From Stegostoma tigrinum (Eukaryota), in assembly GCF_030684315.1 (NCBI RefSeq), contig NC_081363.1:23376116-23440115 (forward strand): a stretch of DNA of 64,000 bases, given 5' to 3'. Made by a program: the position numbers and the translations under genes. This document shows positions 63,004 to 64,000 of this stretch, piece after piece. Within the stretch, counting starts at the first letter, position 1, and each line of letters begins with the position of its first letter. The notes under the pieces were generated by a model. The model made no database searches. It worked only from the letters and a program-made list of their open reading frames with translations, and was not told where the DNA came from.

Positions 63004-63742
63004 TTATTCCTGGAATCGTGGAGAGCCCGTCTCGACTGAGAGTGTTTGTATATGCGCACATGCGCTTTTAAACATGGCACGATATCAAGTATACCAGTTC
63101 TTTCAAGGATATCCCAGCAGTGGCGAGTTGTTGCAGGTATGAATAGCAGTAGAAAGGGACTAGAATCAGACAAGAGGCAAATCAAAGGAGTTGGGTAGGT
63201 AGATAATGAGGTAGGTTTGGGGTGTACAAAAAAGTGCAAAATTGGTGGTGAGAAACAAGGCCTCTCCAGGAAACTCTCCAGGAAACCAAATAAAACGACT
63301 CTTAGCCAATAAATTGCAAGTTCTAGGTCTTTGCCTCAATCCAAAGATAGTGTGTAACATCTGGATAATGGATGGATTTAATGAAACACGAACACTAATC
63401 CCTTCTTAAATAATGGCATATATATCTTACACTCATCTTATGCCTATTTGCTCATTGGGGAAGAAAATAATTTTCGAAGATAGCAATTCAGGCTCATTTG
63501 CACTTTTGCTTTGGAATTAAAATAATAGACAAAAGCACTCAGGCTCTGAGAAGTTAGATCTTCATTTAAATGGTATTATGGATGACATTAGCTTGTTCTA
63601 GGAATAAAAAATAGATTCATTCAGAACCAACATCTGCTTTATACCCTGCCTGCTACTCTTGTATTTAAAGTGGAATGAATTTCAAATAGTCAGTCCTGCC
63701 CAAAAGTAGTTTAGAATTAAAATCAGGCCTATGAGTACTCTA

Positions 63743-63881
63743 AAATAAAACAAAGACCTACAGATGCTGGCAGTATGAAACAAACAAAGTCAGAAATTGC
63801 TAGAGAAACTCAGCAGGTGTGGAAGCAGTTGTGGCAAGAAAACAGAGTTAACAGTTTGAGTCCAGTAAACTGATTTCAGAA
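63743..63881 (-). mobile_element. Single-arm family-B Penelope-like element
   Basis: CAGATGCTGG...CAGAAATTGCTAGAGAAACTCAGCAGG...CAGAGTTAACAGTTTGAGTCCAGT...TTTCAGAA. Confidence 0.75.
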
Positions 63882-64000
63882 GGATCTATATGGTAAGAAA
63901 GCACAGATATAATTAGTAGCCATCTTAACATGTAATTAAGTAACCATCTTGACATTTAATAAATGATTGGTTACAGTAAAAGTGAAGACATACATCACTA

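Overview
Eukaryotic, CpG-depleted, repeat-rich non-coding DNA. It is almost certainly a cartilaginous fish (shark), inferred from HE1/V-SINE-type tRNA SINEs and their partner CR1 LINEs. No host protein-coding exon could be identified with confidence, so the window looks intronic or intergenic. Nearly all long ORFs in the track are CR1 ORF2 (reverse transcriptase) remnants or their antisense frames. Contents: (1) about 20 5'-truncated CR1 fragments of several subfamilies, including two near-identical young copies in opposite orientation; (2) L2-like, Rex1/Babar-like and another CR1/L2-group LINE; (3) four SINE families, including a DeuSINE relic; (4) fossil PIF/Harbinger transposase and Myb/SANT gene pieces; (5) a 67-bp tandem repeat; (6) several unique, motif-rich islands that may be conserved enhancers. 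The most striking signal is about 20 short (mostly 30-250 bp, one about 500 bp) Penelope-like terminal elements from several families. Most are built around a minimal hammerhead-ribozyme motif (CUGANGA-A-helix II-GAAAC-GUH), many are palindromes, and several have 8-15 bp target-site duplications. All family assignments are from recall of motif and consensus features, not database searches. Boundaries of old repeats are approximate.
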